From assembly GCF_009914755.1 (NCBI RefSeq), contig NC_060926.1: a stretch of DNA of 64,000 nucleotides. One strand, given 5' to 3'. How positions within the stretch are numbered: the first letter of the stretch is position 1; every line of letters starts with the position of its first letter. This DNA comes from the human T2T-CHM13v2.0 reference genome, Homo sapiens. Shown piece by piece: positions 31,906 through 51,272 of the stretch. The notes below the pieces were generated by a model. It was given only the letters and a program-made list of their open reading frames with translations. It was not told the origin of the DNA and did not search any database. The position numbers and the translations under genes are program-made.

Positions 31906-33794
31906 AAAAAATACTTAGGAATAAATTTAATCAAGGAAATGAAAGATCTGTACATGGAAAACACTGTTTAAACACTGACGAAAGAAACTGAAGAGGACAC
32001 ACACAAAACATGGAAAGATATGCTGTGTCCACGGTTTGGAAGAATTAATATTAAAATGCTCATACTACCCAAAATGACCTACAGATTCAAAGCAATCTCT
32101 ATCAAAATACTAATAAAATTCTTCACAAAAATTGAAAAAACAACTCTGAAATTCCTATGGAACCACAAAAGACCCCAAATAGCCAAAGCAATCTGCAGCA
32201 AAAAGAACAAGGCTAGAGGTATCATACTGTCTGTCTCCAAAATATACTACAAAGCTGTAGTAACCAAAACAGCATGGTACCACCAAAAAACAGACACATA
32301 GACTAAAGGAACAAAATAAAGAACCCAGAAATAAATCTATGTATTTACAGTCAACTGATTTTCAACAAAGGTCCCAAGAACACACACTGGGGAAAGGACA
32401 GCCTACTCAATAAATGGTGCTGGAAAAACTGGATATTCAAATACAGAAGAATGAAATTAGATGTTCATTTCACACCATATACAAAAATCAAATAAAAGTG
32501 GATTAAAGACAAACATAAGACCTGAAACTGTAACACTACTAGAAGAAAGCATAGGGAAAAAGCTTCATGACATTGGTCTGGGCAAAAATTTTGGATATGA
32601 CTCCAAAAGCTCAGGCAACAAAAGCAAAATAGGATTACATCAAACTGAAACCCTTCCACACAGTAAAGGAAACAATACAGTGAAGAGAGAACTTACAGAG
32701 TGAGAGAATACATTTGCAAACCATGTATCTGAGAAGGGGTTGTTATGATCTAAAGTGTAGATAAGAAACTCAAACAACTCAGTAGGAAGAAAACAAATAA
32801 CCAGAGTTTTAAAATGATCAAAGGACTTGAACAGACATTTCCCAAAATACGACATACAAATGGCCAACAGGAATCTGAAAAGGTGCTGAACTGCACTAAT
32901 CACCAGAGAAATGCAATTCAAAACAATGACATATCACCTCACTCTTGTTAGAATGGCTATTGCAAAAAAGAGGAAAGATGACAAGCATTGGCAAGGATGT
33001 TGAGAAAAGGAAACCTTTGCACATTACTGACGCAAATGTGAATTAGTACAGCCATTAAGGAAAACACTATGGTGGTTCCTCAAAAATTTAAAAGTAGAAC
33101 TACCATATGATCCAGCAATACCACTACTGGGCATATATCTAAGGGAAATGAAATCAGTATGTTGAAGAGATATTCACACTCCCATATTCATTACAGCATT
33201 ATTCACAATAGCCAAGATATAAAATCAATGTAAGTGTCCATCAGCAGATGAATGGATAAAGAAAATGTGGTACATATACACAATGGAGTACCATTCATCC
33301 TTTAAAAGGAAGGAAATCCTGTCGTTTGTGACAACATGAGTGAACCTGGAGGATACTATGTCAAGTGAAATAAGCCAGGTACAGAAAGACAAGTACCACA
33401 TGACCTCACTTATATATGGAGTATAAAATAGTTGAACTCATAGAAATAGAGAGTAAAATGGTGGTTACCAGAGGGTGGCGGGTGGGGAGATTGGAAGGAT
33501 GTTGGTCAAAGGACACAAAATTTGTTAGACAGGAGGAACAAGTTCAAGAGATCCACTGTACATCATGCTGACTACAGTTAGTAACAATATATTGTATATT
33601 TGAAAATTGCTGAGAATAAATTAAGTGGTCTTATCACAAAAAAATGGGAAGTATATGAGGCAATGCATATGTTCAATAGGTTAATTTAGCCATTCCACAA
33701 TGTGTGTGTATATATATATATATCAATATATATCAAAACATCATGTTGTATACCATAAATCCATACAATTTTTACTTGTCAAAACACACATTTT

Positions 33795-34742
<948 letters not shown>

Positions 34743-35036
34743 TTAAATTATATAATGGAAGCTGTATGTCCACTGAAGAATGCTCACCATTGCTCCCTCC
34801 CCCAGTCCCTGGTGGCCACCATTCCATTCTTATGTATGTGGAATATGCATCACATAGGTAGAATCACATGGTGTTTTTCCTTCTGTAACTGGCTTGTTTC
34901 ACTTGGCACAGTATTCTTTAGGTTTATCCATGTTGTCACAGATAGCAGGATTTCCTTCTTTTTTAAAGTTGTATAGTATTCCATGGTGTGTACATACCAT
35001 TTTCCTCATCCATTGTTCTGTACGCAAGATGAATAA

Positions 35037-36033
<997 letters not shown>

Positions 36034-36051
36034 CTAATACATGTTGTCTTA

Positions 36052-36451
<400 letters not shown>

Positions 36452-36605
36452 TTAGCATTTTGGTTGTGGAGATGGTCTCATGGGTGTATGCACATGTTCA
36501 AACTTGCCAAGATGTATACTCATCAAGACACATAAACTAAATGCATACTATTTTTTGTGTATAAATTATAACTCAATAAAGCTAAAAAAAAAATGAAGAA
36601 GGAAA

Positions 36606-36640
36606 AAGGGTATAAAAGGGTCCTGAGACCAAAACTGCTG
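36606..36640 (+). mobile_element. Right terminus of the Charlie1a that starts at ~25803
   Basis: aagggtataaaagggtcctgagaccaaaactgctg resembles the Charlie1a end (…gtgtaaaggggtcctgagaccaaaaag…ctg). Confidence 0.7.
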
Positions 36641-37242
36641 ATACAGGACATCCATTTCTGCCTCCTGGTTTTTAGGCCCAGTTTCCAACACACCTTCCCC
36701 TCCCATGCTTCTCCACAGAATACAGAATCATAAAATCCTAAAAACAAAATCAAAATCAAAACTAAAGAAGAGATAAGCCAGAAAGCACAATGAGCTAGAA
36801 AGAGAATAAGATCCACTCTTTCTTTTCAAAATAATTTTCCTTTAAGGGCAGGGCCTGATAAGTAGTCCCGCCAGAACAGGCTGGTTTCACCGACAACCCC
36901 TCCCCACTGCCACATGTGGGAGAAGAAAGATGGGGGCGAGGGCCTGAGCAGGAGTTCAGGTGTCTTGTCTTCTTCACCTTCTGAATCTGATGTGATACAA
37001 CAGCCAATCAGGCAAAGCAGGTGGGGACATTTTTTATTAGTCATGATTTGCAGGGGAGGGAAGAGAGGTCTATGCCTTGCTGATTACTAGTAAATAAAAG
37101 ACAGGGCTGAGAGCAGGGTGACCTCCCGGCTGTAGCCCAGGGTTCCCTCCATTGGGCACTCTCTCTCTGCAGTAGATGCCTCTCTGAAGCTGCCTCTCTT
37201 CTCCACTCAGGCCTAGAGGTCCACCATTAAAAGATGCATTGT

Positions 37243-37406
37243 TGGCCAGGCATGGTGGCACACACCTGTAATCCCAGCTACTTGGGAGGCTGAGGCACAA
37301 GAATCACTTGAACCCCGGGAGGCAGAGGTTGCAGTGAGCCAAGAATGCAGCACTGTACTCCAGCCTGGGCAACGGAGCAAGACTCTGTCTCAAAAAAAAA
37401 AAAAAA
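37243..37406 (+). mobile_element. Alu right arm only
   Basis: TSD aaaagatgcat(t/g)gttg. Confidence 0.88.
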
Positions 37407-37686
37407 GATGCATGGTTGTACTTGCTAATAAAGTATTTTCTTGCATTTATAAACCATGTAGATTTCTTTTTTAAAAGTCCTTTTTTCTATTATTTTGGAT
37501 TGTTGGTCTTTTTATAATTGTTTGTAAGTGAAAGTGACCCACTGTATTACTTTTCAATTGCAAAATTAGTTTTTAAATATTAGAAAGAAAAAGTTAATGA
37601 AATAGAAGACAAACAATAGAGATGACAAAAAAGGTCCTCAAAGAAAAGACAGACCACTAGTAAAACAGATCATAAAAAAAGGCTGA

Positions 37687-37820
37687 GGCCAGGCACAGTA
37701 GCTCACACCTGTAATCCTAGCACTTTAGGAGGCGAGGACAGGAGGACTGCTTGAGGCTAAGAGTTCAAGACCAACCTGGCCAACAAAGCAAAATCCCGTC
37801 ACTATTAAAAAAAAAAAAAA
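37687..37820 (+). mobile_element. Alu left monomer (FLAM)
   Basis: Single arm plus poly-A; flanking direct repeat aaaaaaggct. Confidence 0.85.
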
Positions 37821-39004
37821 AGGCTAAAGTATTAAATAATATTAGCATGAAAAATGGAAGATAAACTCAAGCTTTAAAATATAGTAAGACTATGAAAAAT
37901 TTATTCCAATAATTTAAAAACTTTTTTTGAGAAAAAAATAAAAATTACCAAAATTGACTGGATGAGAAGGAGAATAGTTTGGGTAATACTTAATAGTGGC
38001 AGCAGAAGTGATATACTAGGATCTCCTCATAAAGTGCAAACCCGTCAAGGCAGTCAGAACTAGTAAGTCGTTCATTAGTTGCAGTCTTCTGTGACAAAAG
38101 AGATGGCTCTTGCCAGCCTGGGCCTGTCACTCTGGTTTGGAAGGAAAGGAGATGCTGAGAGAACAGAGAGGGGCCGGTACTGCCTTGTGGAGTCAGATTA
38201 CTCCAGGGCTGAGCCAGGATGCCAAGAAATCTCCTACTTGCCTCCCCAAGGGGCAGCACCCCTGTCAATCTGGCTCAGCCCCAAGGTTGCCCTGACCACA
38301 ATCCCCTTCTCACTAACCCTCTTCCTCCTTCCCTCCTCTCCTCACTTCTTCTCCCTCTTTCTCAATCCTCTTTCCTTTCCCTGCCTCCCCTATTTTCTGT
38401 TGGAAGACAGTTGTAGCTCCAGGTGTGACTGGTGTCATTGGGTGCCACACCACTTCTCCCCACATTTCGCCCCCTCCCTACCCCAACCTCCTGAAACTTC
38501 CAGACAGAGGAGTTGCAGCAAATAGGTGGAGTTCTAAGGCCTAACCCTCAGCCTGTCTTGCCCCATTCCCCAAACTCATTCCTAAGTCTGATCTCATGGA
38601 CACAGAAGAGGTCTAGGAAGGGAAGGGTATGCAGTAAAGGGTGACAGATGTCATAGCTCTGAGCCCTGGTACTAGAGTTAATGCAAAAGATCCACCTTTT
38701 GAACCTTGCACTGTCTGTAGCTCAAATAAATGTTCCACATATATAAACACTATTGTGTCTCAAATTTGTCAATGTGATTGGATGTATAAAAATTAAATAT
38801 ATTTAAATTTGTTATTATTTTCATACCAGCTTATAACCACTTGTATTATCTCAACAGACACTAGACAGACACTAGAAGCACCATCATTATGACACGCATA
38901 CACGCATGCATGTGAATGTGTGTGTGTTGGGGATTAGAAATGCATTAAATATTTTAATGATAGAAAGAGTGATCTCCTTCAGGAAAAGTATGGAGCAGGA
39001 GATG

Positions 39005-39125
39005 GAGGCTCATGCTTGTAGTTCCAGCTACTCAGGAGGCTGAGGCAGGAGAACCACTTGATCTCAGGAGCTCAAGGCCAGCCTGGGCAACACAGCAAGA
39101 CTCCATCTCCAAAGGAAAAAAAGAG
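39005..39125 (+). mobile_element. Alu monomer followed by a GA/GAG-rich tract
   Basis: gctcatgcttgtagttccagctactcagg. Confidence 0.75.
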
Positions 39126-39685
39126 AGAGAAAAAGAGAAAAGAGGAGGAGGAGGAGGAGGAAGAGAAGGGAAAGAAAAGGATGGAGATGACCAGTGTACC
39201 CAACATTGCTGTGGTCAAGTTCTGATGTCTCCTTATGGTTCTATCCATGGGGTGGGAGGAAAGGAGGCCACAACAGAGAGTTGGGTTTATGTAGAAAGGA
39301 TTCTTTTGTGGATCGTGCCAATGATTTACTCCTGGACTGATGCTAGCCCTTAGCAGCCCCTCAGGCAGGTGCTTTGGTAAACCATCTACCTTGCTCAAAG
39401 CCTGGAAGGTGGGGTGAGATTTGGAGAGCAGATACTCTCTGTGAACTCCAGCTTCTGCTGACACAAATGGTCTGGAGTAGCCTGACTATCCAGATACACA
39501 GATACTGATGCTGCAATGGCTGTGACCATACCAAAGGCCAGGACACTTGACCAGGCATGTCCAAATGCATTAATGGACACAATGGGTTGAAAGAATTAAA
39601 ATATGGACCATACCAGAAGTTTGTGCTCCTTACCAAAGTCAGCCTCTGGTAAGAATATGGATTGGAATCTAGCATCAGAGAACTA

Positions 39686-41687
<2,002 letters not shown>

Positions 41688-42266
41688 AAAACCCTACAGG
41701 GTAAGAAAGAGGTGCCACATCATGGGCACTTCCCAGTCCAGGGTACTGTAATTAAAGGTCCCTAAGAAAGGTCCTCAGATCCTCCAACATATCTAGTGAA
41801 ATGATACCTAAAACCCATAATTAGAACTCTCGCTTCCTTTCACTGCAGTTCCACTAGGTTGGGCCACATTGGGTGAGGCTGGGTGCAGCTAGAACCAGCA
41901 TTATTCTGAGCTGTTGGCACTCTTTTCCACCCCAATACAGATGAAGATACTGAGAACGGAGTGTGATGGGGTAGGTGTGGAAATAGATGGAAGTAATGAC
42001 GAGAAGACAACTTTCTAGTATTACCCACAATTGATTCATTTCAGGTCTCTCTCCCATGAACCCCACTGAACTTATTTGCGCTGAGTCTTTGGAAATTAGC
42101 AAGCACCTTCTTCAACGTACTCACCCCTCCATGCCACCTGAGACCTAGGAAATAGGGTGCTCTCTGCATGGGCTCTCTGATGGCTCAAGGGCTATAAATT
42201 ATGATGTGATTAACTCAAAACCTTCCTCTCTGGGTGCCTCTGGAGGTGACATAGTAGGAACCCTGG

Positions 42267-42712
<446 letters not shown>

Positions 42713-43076
42713 CTAAACTTCCACCACCAGAGAGGCCCTAAAGTTACTCAATGGCTCTCTGTTAAAATACAAATATCCCTCAACTCAGAGTAGGGGGTAG
42801 GGGACTGGTGTGATGTCATTCGAGAGCAAACCCATTGTAAGCCTGCAATTTCTGTATCTGGGGCTTAGGAGTGGCAATCCAGCAGAAAGAGGATTGGGGC
42901 AGGGAAGTGGCAGGTAATTACATTGAATATTTATTTGGAATAACTTTGGCCAAGGGACTGACAGAAATTTGGGATGCTAAAGACATATAAGTGACGCCCT
43001 GACTACCATTCCAGCAAGAGAAACAAGCTGAGTGCAAAGACATTGGCAATAAAAACAAAAACAAAAACAGGAGTTC

Positions 43077-43421
<345 letters not shown>

Positions 43422-44564
43422 CTACTTGGCCACTTTGCTTGTCAGAAGCAGGTAAGCACACCAAGGCTGAGCTAAGAAATATCCACAAGGGGTCTTGTGT
43501 CCTCAGAATTCTCATCAAGGACCCCTCCCTAGAGGAGGCTGAGGAGGGAGTACAGGTCCTTGGGCCACAAATGGTGGGAGAAAGGCACAGTGAATTGTGA
43601 GCTGTCTTATCCAGTCACATGATCTCTTTTTCTCCCTCCTCCTCTGGTCTCTCCCTCTCCACCCTTCCCCTCCCTTTGCTCTGTTTTCAAGATTTGGTTA
43701 AAATAGATGCAAACTCCAGTCTTTTCTATTTTTAATACCGAGCCATTACATAATCCACACAGTAATTGCTGACTTGAAAAACTATTGGCAACATTAGAAA
43801 ATCCCCAGAGTTTTAAACAGGAAAAGGATTACTACAGCACAAAAGCCTTTGGTAGTTTCACTGACTAGTAAACCATTGGTAATCGTCACTTGCCAGTGGA
43901 AGTCACATGGGCCCTGGGAAACACTCCCCTATCTCAGGGAAAGCAGGCTGGGGGAAGGGATGAAATGCAGCCTCAGCTGGGAGGAGGAGGCTGCTGGTGG
44001 GGTGGTGTGCTGAGCTCTGAGTGGGGCTCCAACAAGTGACCTCCAGCCAAAAGTGCTGAAGGAGTGAGCTTCAGGTTGTCCTCGGGCCACCTTTTACTGC
44101 TTTTGTTTCTTGCTAGGGAATGAGTGAAGTCTCCAGCGGCCCAGTCCTTTCCCTCTCGGTTTCCCACCTTCCTACAGCCTCCAACATATTCCTGTAAGAG
44201 CCTGAGGGAGGGTGGACTACTCCAGTTAAATAGATTTTATAAAGACACAGGAGCAGGGAAGGCTGCCTGTTTATCACAAAGACCTAATCCACTCCTCTGC
44301 AAGGCTTTCCAGACATTAGGCCAGAACCACACTATTTAATTCTTCAATAAAATGATCCAATGAAAGTTTAAGAACCAGTGGTTTGGTTTACAACCAAGCA
44401 GAAGTTAATTATCTAATTGAGACAAAATTCTCTGTATGTGTATGTGTGTTGGGAGTGTGGGCAGTGTATAAGATACAGAGGGGACAGGGACTACTCTCCC
44501 TGATTTTGCCACTTCTGCCACAATCCTAACCCCAATAATCAAGGAGGATCTGAATAACCACATG

Positions 44565-44780
44565 GCCATTCATTCAATAAACATATGCTGAATGCCACAT
44601 ACCAGACTAGGTGCTGGGGATGCAACACAGCAAAATCACTGCCCTGCTAGAACTGCTAGGTCAGTGAAGGAGAGACATTAATCAAAATATTACATAAACA
44701 TATCATTACAATGATAATGAAGGCTTATGAGGGGAAGGTACAGGGCACTAGGAGCATTTAGAATAGGGGTATCGGATTGG
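44565..44780 (-). mobile_element. L2 3' fragment
   Basis: cattcattcaataaacatatgctgaatgccacataccagactaggtgctggggat. Confidence 0.8.
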
Positions 44781-45049
44781 GTCTGAGGGTTCCTAGATTA
44801 TCCTTAGGACTCCAGGGTTCTTTTAAATCAGTACCCCTTCTTCTTCCCCTCACCCCACTCCTTCCTTGCTTCCTGTAGTTAATATTTACTGGTTTTTTTC
44901 TATGAGGAGGATAATGCCAGGTTCTTCACATGCATGATCTCATGTGATTCTCATGACAAACTTACAATTCAGCACTTTATGACAAAGGATTTGCTGAGAA
45001 AGGCTGATCCACATTTTGCAAGGAGAACTATATAAAATTTATGGCACTG

Positions 45050-45900
<851 letters not shown>

Positions 45901-46090
45901 GTCCTCAAAGTTTGGAATTACAGTGGATGTTAAGACTACGAGATAAATTCTTCTATCAACCAGGTCCTCCTCCCTAAGGAATGAGCAAGAGTGGTTTGTT
46001 CAGTGTGGCACTAGCTGCATTCACTCTGGTCCTCCCTCAGCTGCTCAGACACCTTGGCTTAGGATAGTGATTGGAGTTAATATTTGCTTA

Positions 46091-46382
46091 AGACCAAGTG
46101 TGGTGGCTCACAATTATAATCTCAGCATTTTGGGAGGCTAACACGGGAGGGCTGCTTGAGCACCAGAAGTTCGAGATCAGCCTAAGCAACCTGGCGAGAC
46201 TTGGTCTCTACAAAAAAAAAAAAAAATGATCTGGCCATGGTGGTATGCACCTGTAGTCTCAGCTACTCAAGAGGCTGAGGCAGGAGGATTGCTTGAGCCC
46301 AGGAGGTTAAGGCTACAGTAAGCCATGATTGCACTACTGCACTTCAGCCTGGGTGACAGAGTGAGATCCTATCTCAAAAAAA
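46091..46382 (+). mobile_element. AluJ
   Basis: Diverged dimer; flanking direct repeat tttgctta. Confidence 0.88.
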
Positions 46383-46988
46383 TTTATTTTGCTTAGGTCC
46401 TTGCTGAGAGCAGTCTTCAAGTCCCAAGACTTTGTGTAAGACTTTGCCCAACCTCTTTACCCCTAATGATATATCCTACTCAGCAATGGTGTGGCTGAGG
46501 AGGCTGCAGCTCTCCGACTTTTTTAACTAGCATCCTCAGGTTCTGTGTAACTCATAAGGCAGGAAGAGTATAACAAAGTCCTTTGTTGGGAAGTTTGCTG
46601 TCCCCCTTTGGAGTCTGAATAGAGAGAGGAATAACATGATGGTTCCTGAAGCATACACAGAGCAGGATCTTGGGGACCACTGTTAAACACTGTATGAGTT
46701 ACACAGCACTACAGCAATCAGATATCAGCTACAACCACCCTGTCCTTGGGCATGTTTTAAAAACTCCCTGAACCTCCCTATCCCAAGTTCTATGAGAAGT
46801 CCAAAGGCCTTCCCAGAATTTCTGCAAATCCCAGGAGCTAATGCTCTTCATAGTCCCTTTGGCTCTGACTCCATTTCTTGCTGGACTTCTTATCTCACTC
46901 ACTTCTCACCTCCTGAGGCGGATCTCTTCCTCTGCTCTAAGCTGTCCCAGATACAGGACTCAGTCCCCCTTTTCCATGCTTTATCAAA

Positions 46989-46994
<6 letters not shown>

Positions 46995-47033
<39 letters not shown>
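46995..47033. repeat. (CA)n microsatellite, ~19 units
   Basis: Direct reading. Confidence 0.97.
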
Positions 47034-47038
<5 letters not shown>

Positions 47039-47590
47039 GCACTCACTCAAAACACTGTGTGCCCATCAGACTTTCCTGAAGGTATGAAAAGACTGAGGGG
47101 TTATTACCACACTGCTTGGCCCCTTTATCCTCTTCAAATGCTTCTCACATTGTGTTTGTGTATTAGGGCGGGAGAGAAATCCCCCTTACATTATTCAAAA
47201 CAACTTAGCTCTCCACTCCCTTTTCTCTGACTTCCAATGACCCATAGCTGGAGTCACCCATAGTATGAACCATCCACTCCAGGTTCTACCCTTTCTACCC
47301 TTGATCAGCACCGAGGAACAAAAAGAAGTTTTGAACTTTCACTCACTACCACCATTCTGTAGTGGTAAAGGGAATGGAATAATTTTTTCCCCTATGAATA
47401 TGAATTAAGCCACCCCTCTTTAGAAGAAGAACTGGCCACAGCCATTTTTTGTTTTAAATAAATTTCTATTATATCTCTCTATATCAACTCTCCAGCTCTA
47501 AGTAAAGCCTATGTAACAAGCCTGAAACAATTCCCATACACTCACTGGCAGTCTTCTGACACTGAGAATGTGATTAAGGAAAGCAATGCT

Positions 47591-47893
47591 GGCCGGGCGC
47601 GGTGGCTCACGCCTGTAATCCCAGCACTTTGGGAGGCCGAGGCGGGCAGATCACGAGGTCAGGAGATCAAGACCATCCTGGCTAACACGGTGAAACCCCG
47701 TCTCTACTAAAAATACAAAAAATTAGCCGGGCGAGGTGGTGGGCGCCTGTAGTCCCAGCTACACGGGAGGCTGAGGCAGGAGAATGGCGTGAACCCCGGG
47801 GGGTGGAGCCTGCAGTGAGCCGAGATCGTGCCACTGCACTCCAGCCTGAGCGACAGCGAGACTCCATCTCATAAAAAAAAAAAAAAAAAAAAA
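47591..47893 (+). mobile_element. AluYe5-like
   Basis: Diagnostics gggcgaggtgg, gaaccccggggggtggagcctgcag and gacagcgagac; perfect 15-bp TSD aaggaaagcaatgct (47576-47590, 47894-47908). Confidence 0.85.
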
Positions 47894-47932
47894 AAGGAAA
47901 GCAATGCTTCTGTCCCTAAGACACTGGCTATC

Positions 47933-48312
47933 TTTTATTTATTTATATGTTTTTTGAGACGGAGTTTCGCTCTTGTTGCCCAGGCTGGAGTGCAATGGCA
48001 TGATCTCAGCTCACTGCAAACCCTGCCTATAATCCCAGCACTTTGGGAGGCCGAGGCGGGCAGAACACCTGAGGTCAGGAGTTCAAGACTAGCCTGGCCA
48101 ACATGGTGAAACCCCCGTCTCTACTAAAAATACAAAAAATTAGCCAGGCGTGGTGGCGCATGCCTGTAGTCCCAGCTACTCAGGAGGCTGAGGCAGGAGA
48201 ATCACTTGAACCCGGGAGGTGGACGTTGCACTAAGCAGGGATTGCGCCACTGCACTTGAGCCTGGGCGACAGAGCGAGACTTTGTCTCAAAAAAAAAAAA
48301 AAAGAAAGAAAA
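47933..48312. mobile_element. Chimeric Alu: antisense 3' fragment (47933-48028) fused to a sense AluS (48024-48312)
   Basis: ...ctcactgcaaaccctgcct|ataatcccagcactttggg... Confidence 0.85.
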
Positions 48313-49641
48313 TCAGATTTTATTTTGAAAAGCAGGTCCAATACTTAAAGAACCTGGTGGGAAATCCTTCTGTGGTATGATACCACTGCCCACAGACACC
48401 TCCAATATAACTGTTAGATCATCTGTATGAGACCAACAATTCTCCCAAGGCAGGATGTGGCGGTTGCTGTCAGGAGCTTCTTCCAAAGCACTAACATTCC
48501 TGCCCCCACAGACCCTCTGAAGAAGGTAGTCTCTTCTAATCCTTACCCAGTCAGAATTATGGGCTTTGAGTTGGTGTGCTAAGGGTAAAAAGGCGGCCAA
48601 GAATACTCACCAGGAAACACAGGCAGGACCAGGTGACAGGCCCCAGACCCCAGTCCCTCTGGAGCCAGAACCAGCACCTCCCAGTTTGCTTTACCCTTGT
48701 AGAGAGTGTAACTTCCAGCAGGGCTAAAAATCACAAATGGCATACAGCCAGAGGGCAGGGCCAGGCTGTGTAAGCAAAAACCAGAGATGTGCCAGAGAAG
48801 TTCCGGATTTAGAATCCAAGCAATGAGAAGGAAGGGAGGTGAAGAGCCTCCTACAGCGGACCTATAAAGTAGGGGCCCTCTCTGGGCGAGATCCAGGTTG
48901 CCAGTAGGAAATCTCCCACCTCCATGAGCCTCCTCAATTGTTCCAGGGACTCTCAGCAGCCTGATCTTTTAGGAGGAGAGATCCAGTGACTGGGACTCAA
49001 GTGATACCAGCTTACCAGTTCTGAAAACACTCCTCTGTGGAATTACCAGCTCACAGAGCAGAAAAGTCCTATGGTGCCTCCATTTCCTCCCTCACTATAA
49101 AATCTGAGCAATATGACTTGTCCCTAAACAACCCAGCAAAACTACAGTGTGAGGCTGTGGGAAGACTGTTTCACACAGCTCAACATGCCTCAAGGAAAAA
49201 GATTCCACTAGTTCTTCACTCACTCACTCATTTACTTGACCATCATTTTCTGACTGCCCACCAAGCACTGAGGTGCAAGATGCCTTGCAGGATTCTTAGC
49301 AGACACCAGTCTAGCAATTGCAAGAAAATTTCTGTTAACACTGACCCTGTTGATTCTGGACTCCTCATACGAGATAATTACATTTTGTGTTTATGCTATC
49401 TGAATGAGTCAGTTAAATAATTTAATCCCATAAGTATGACTGCCAGTTGGAAAACTGAAGTGACTTAAGGGACTCTTGATTTTCTACTCATTAAAGTAGC
49501 TCCTCTCAGGATCTCTATCAGCTAGCAAATACACAAGTGGAGGTACCATGGAATTCCAAAAATAAACAAACCTAATGACTTCACAAAATTTTTTTTTTTA
49601 TTTAACTAACTCAAGCCCTTCTATCACTGGTCTAAGTCAAT

Positions 49642-49685
49642 ATGCTTTTACTGTATTACTTTCATGCTTTTACTGTATTACTTTC
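49642..49685. repeat. Perfect 22-bp tandem duplication (atgcttttactgtattactttc)x2
   Basis: Direct reading. Confidence 0.95.
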
Positions 49686-49711
49686 AAAGAAATGAAGCCA
49701 GAATTCAATAA

Positions 49712-49806
49712 AGAAATGAGAAATGAACTTTGAGGCTGAATATCTGAGTTTGAATCCTAATTCTGCATTTTCAGATATTCAGCCTCAAAGTTCATTTCTC
49801 ATTTCT
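49712..49806. repeat. Perfect 36-bp inverted repeat with 23-nt spacer (hairpin)
   Basis: 49712-49747 is the exact reverse complement of 49771-49806. Confidence 0.97.
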
Positions 49807-50236
49807 CCACTCCCTGTCTCTTAGAGATGAATTTTCCAAAGAGGGGCAGACAGAGCAAAAGCTGCAGCCTGGAGCTAGGAGCAGTGAAGAGGTGGGCAGA
49901 AAAAGAGACACCCTGTTACTTGAATATGGTGGGTGGGCTGAAACCGGACAAAATTATTTTACCTTGGTGGGCTTGGTAATGAAGAGCCATTGTAGGCTCT
50001 TGAGCAGATAGTGGTGATAAAAGCAGTGATCAGGGCAGGTTTTATGTTGTAGCATGCAAAATGAATGAAGCAGAAAATGAAATTAGAGAAACCAGTTAGT
50101 AAGCTGTAATGGCAATACAAGTATGAAATAATAAGGTAGCAACTAGCGTGGGCGGGTGGGATTATAAAGAAATGGATCAATCTAAAGACACTTTATAGAA
50201 TAAGTGCTGATTTGACAGTCTCTCAGGCAGGAAGAG

Positions 50237-50999
<763 letters not shown>

Positions 51000-51003
<4 letters not shown>

Positions 51004-51272
51004 AAACTCCTGAGCTCAAGCAATCTGCCTGCCTCAACTTCCTAAAGTGCTGGGATTACAGGCATGAGTCTTGCTCTGTCACTCAGGCTGGGGCACAGTG
51101 GCGTGATCTCAGCTGACTGCAACCTCCGCCTCCTGCATTCAGGCCGTTCTCGTGCCTCAGCCTCCTGAGCTACTGCTGGGACTACAGGTGTGCACCACCA
51201 CTCCTGGCTAATTCATTTTTGTAAAAACCTCCCAAAGTGTTGGGATTACAGGCATGAGGCACTGCGCCTGGC
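51000..51272 (-). mobile_element. Rearranged antisense Alu fragments
   Basis: Left-arm piece, then right arm, then deleted left arm, with no tail. Confidence 0.85.

Noticed and set aside
47304-47322. TCAGCACCGAGGAAC resembling a REST/RE1 site
   Set aside because: The right half-site GGACAG is not matched
48602-48870. Minus-strand donor CTG|gtgagt at ~48610 with several possible acceptors
   Set aside because: The acceptor is ambiguous and I saw no recognisable peptide; single splice motifs are common by chance
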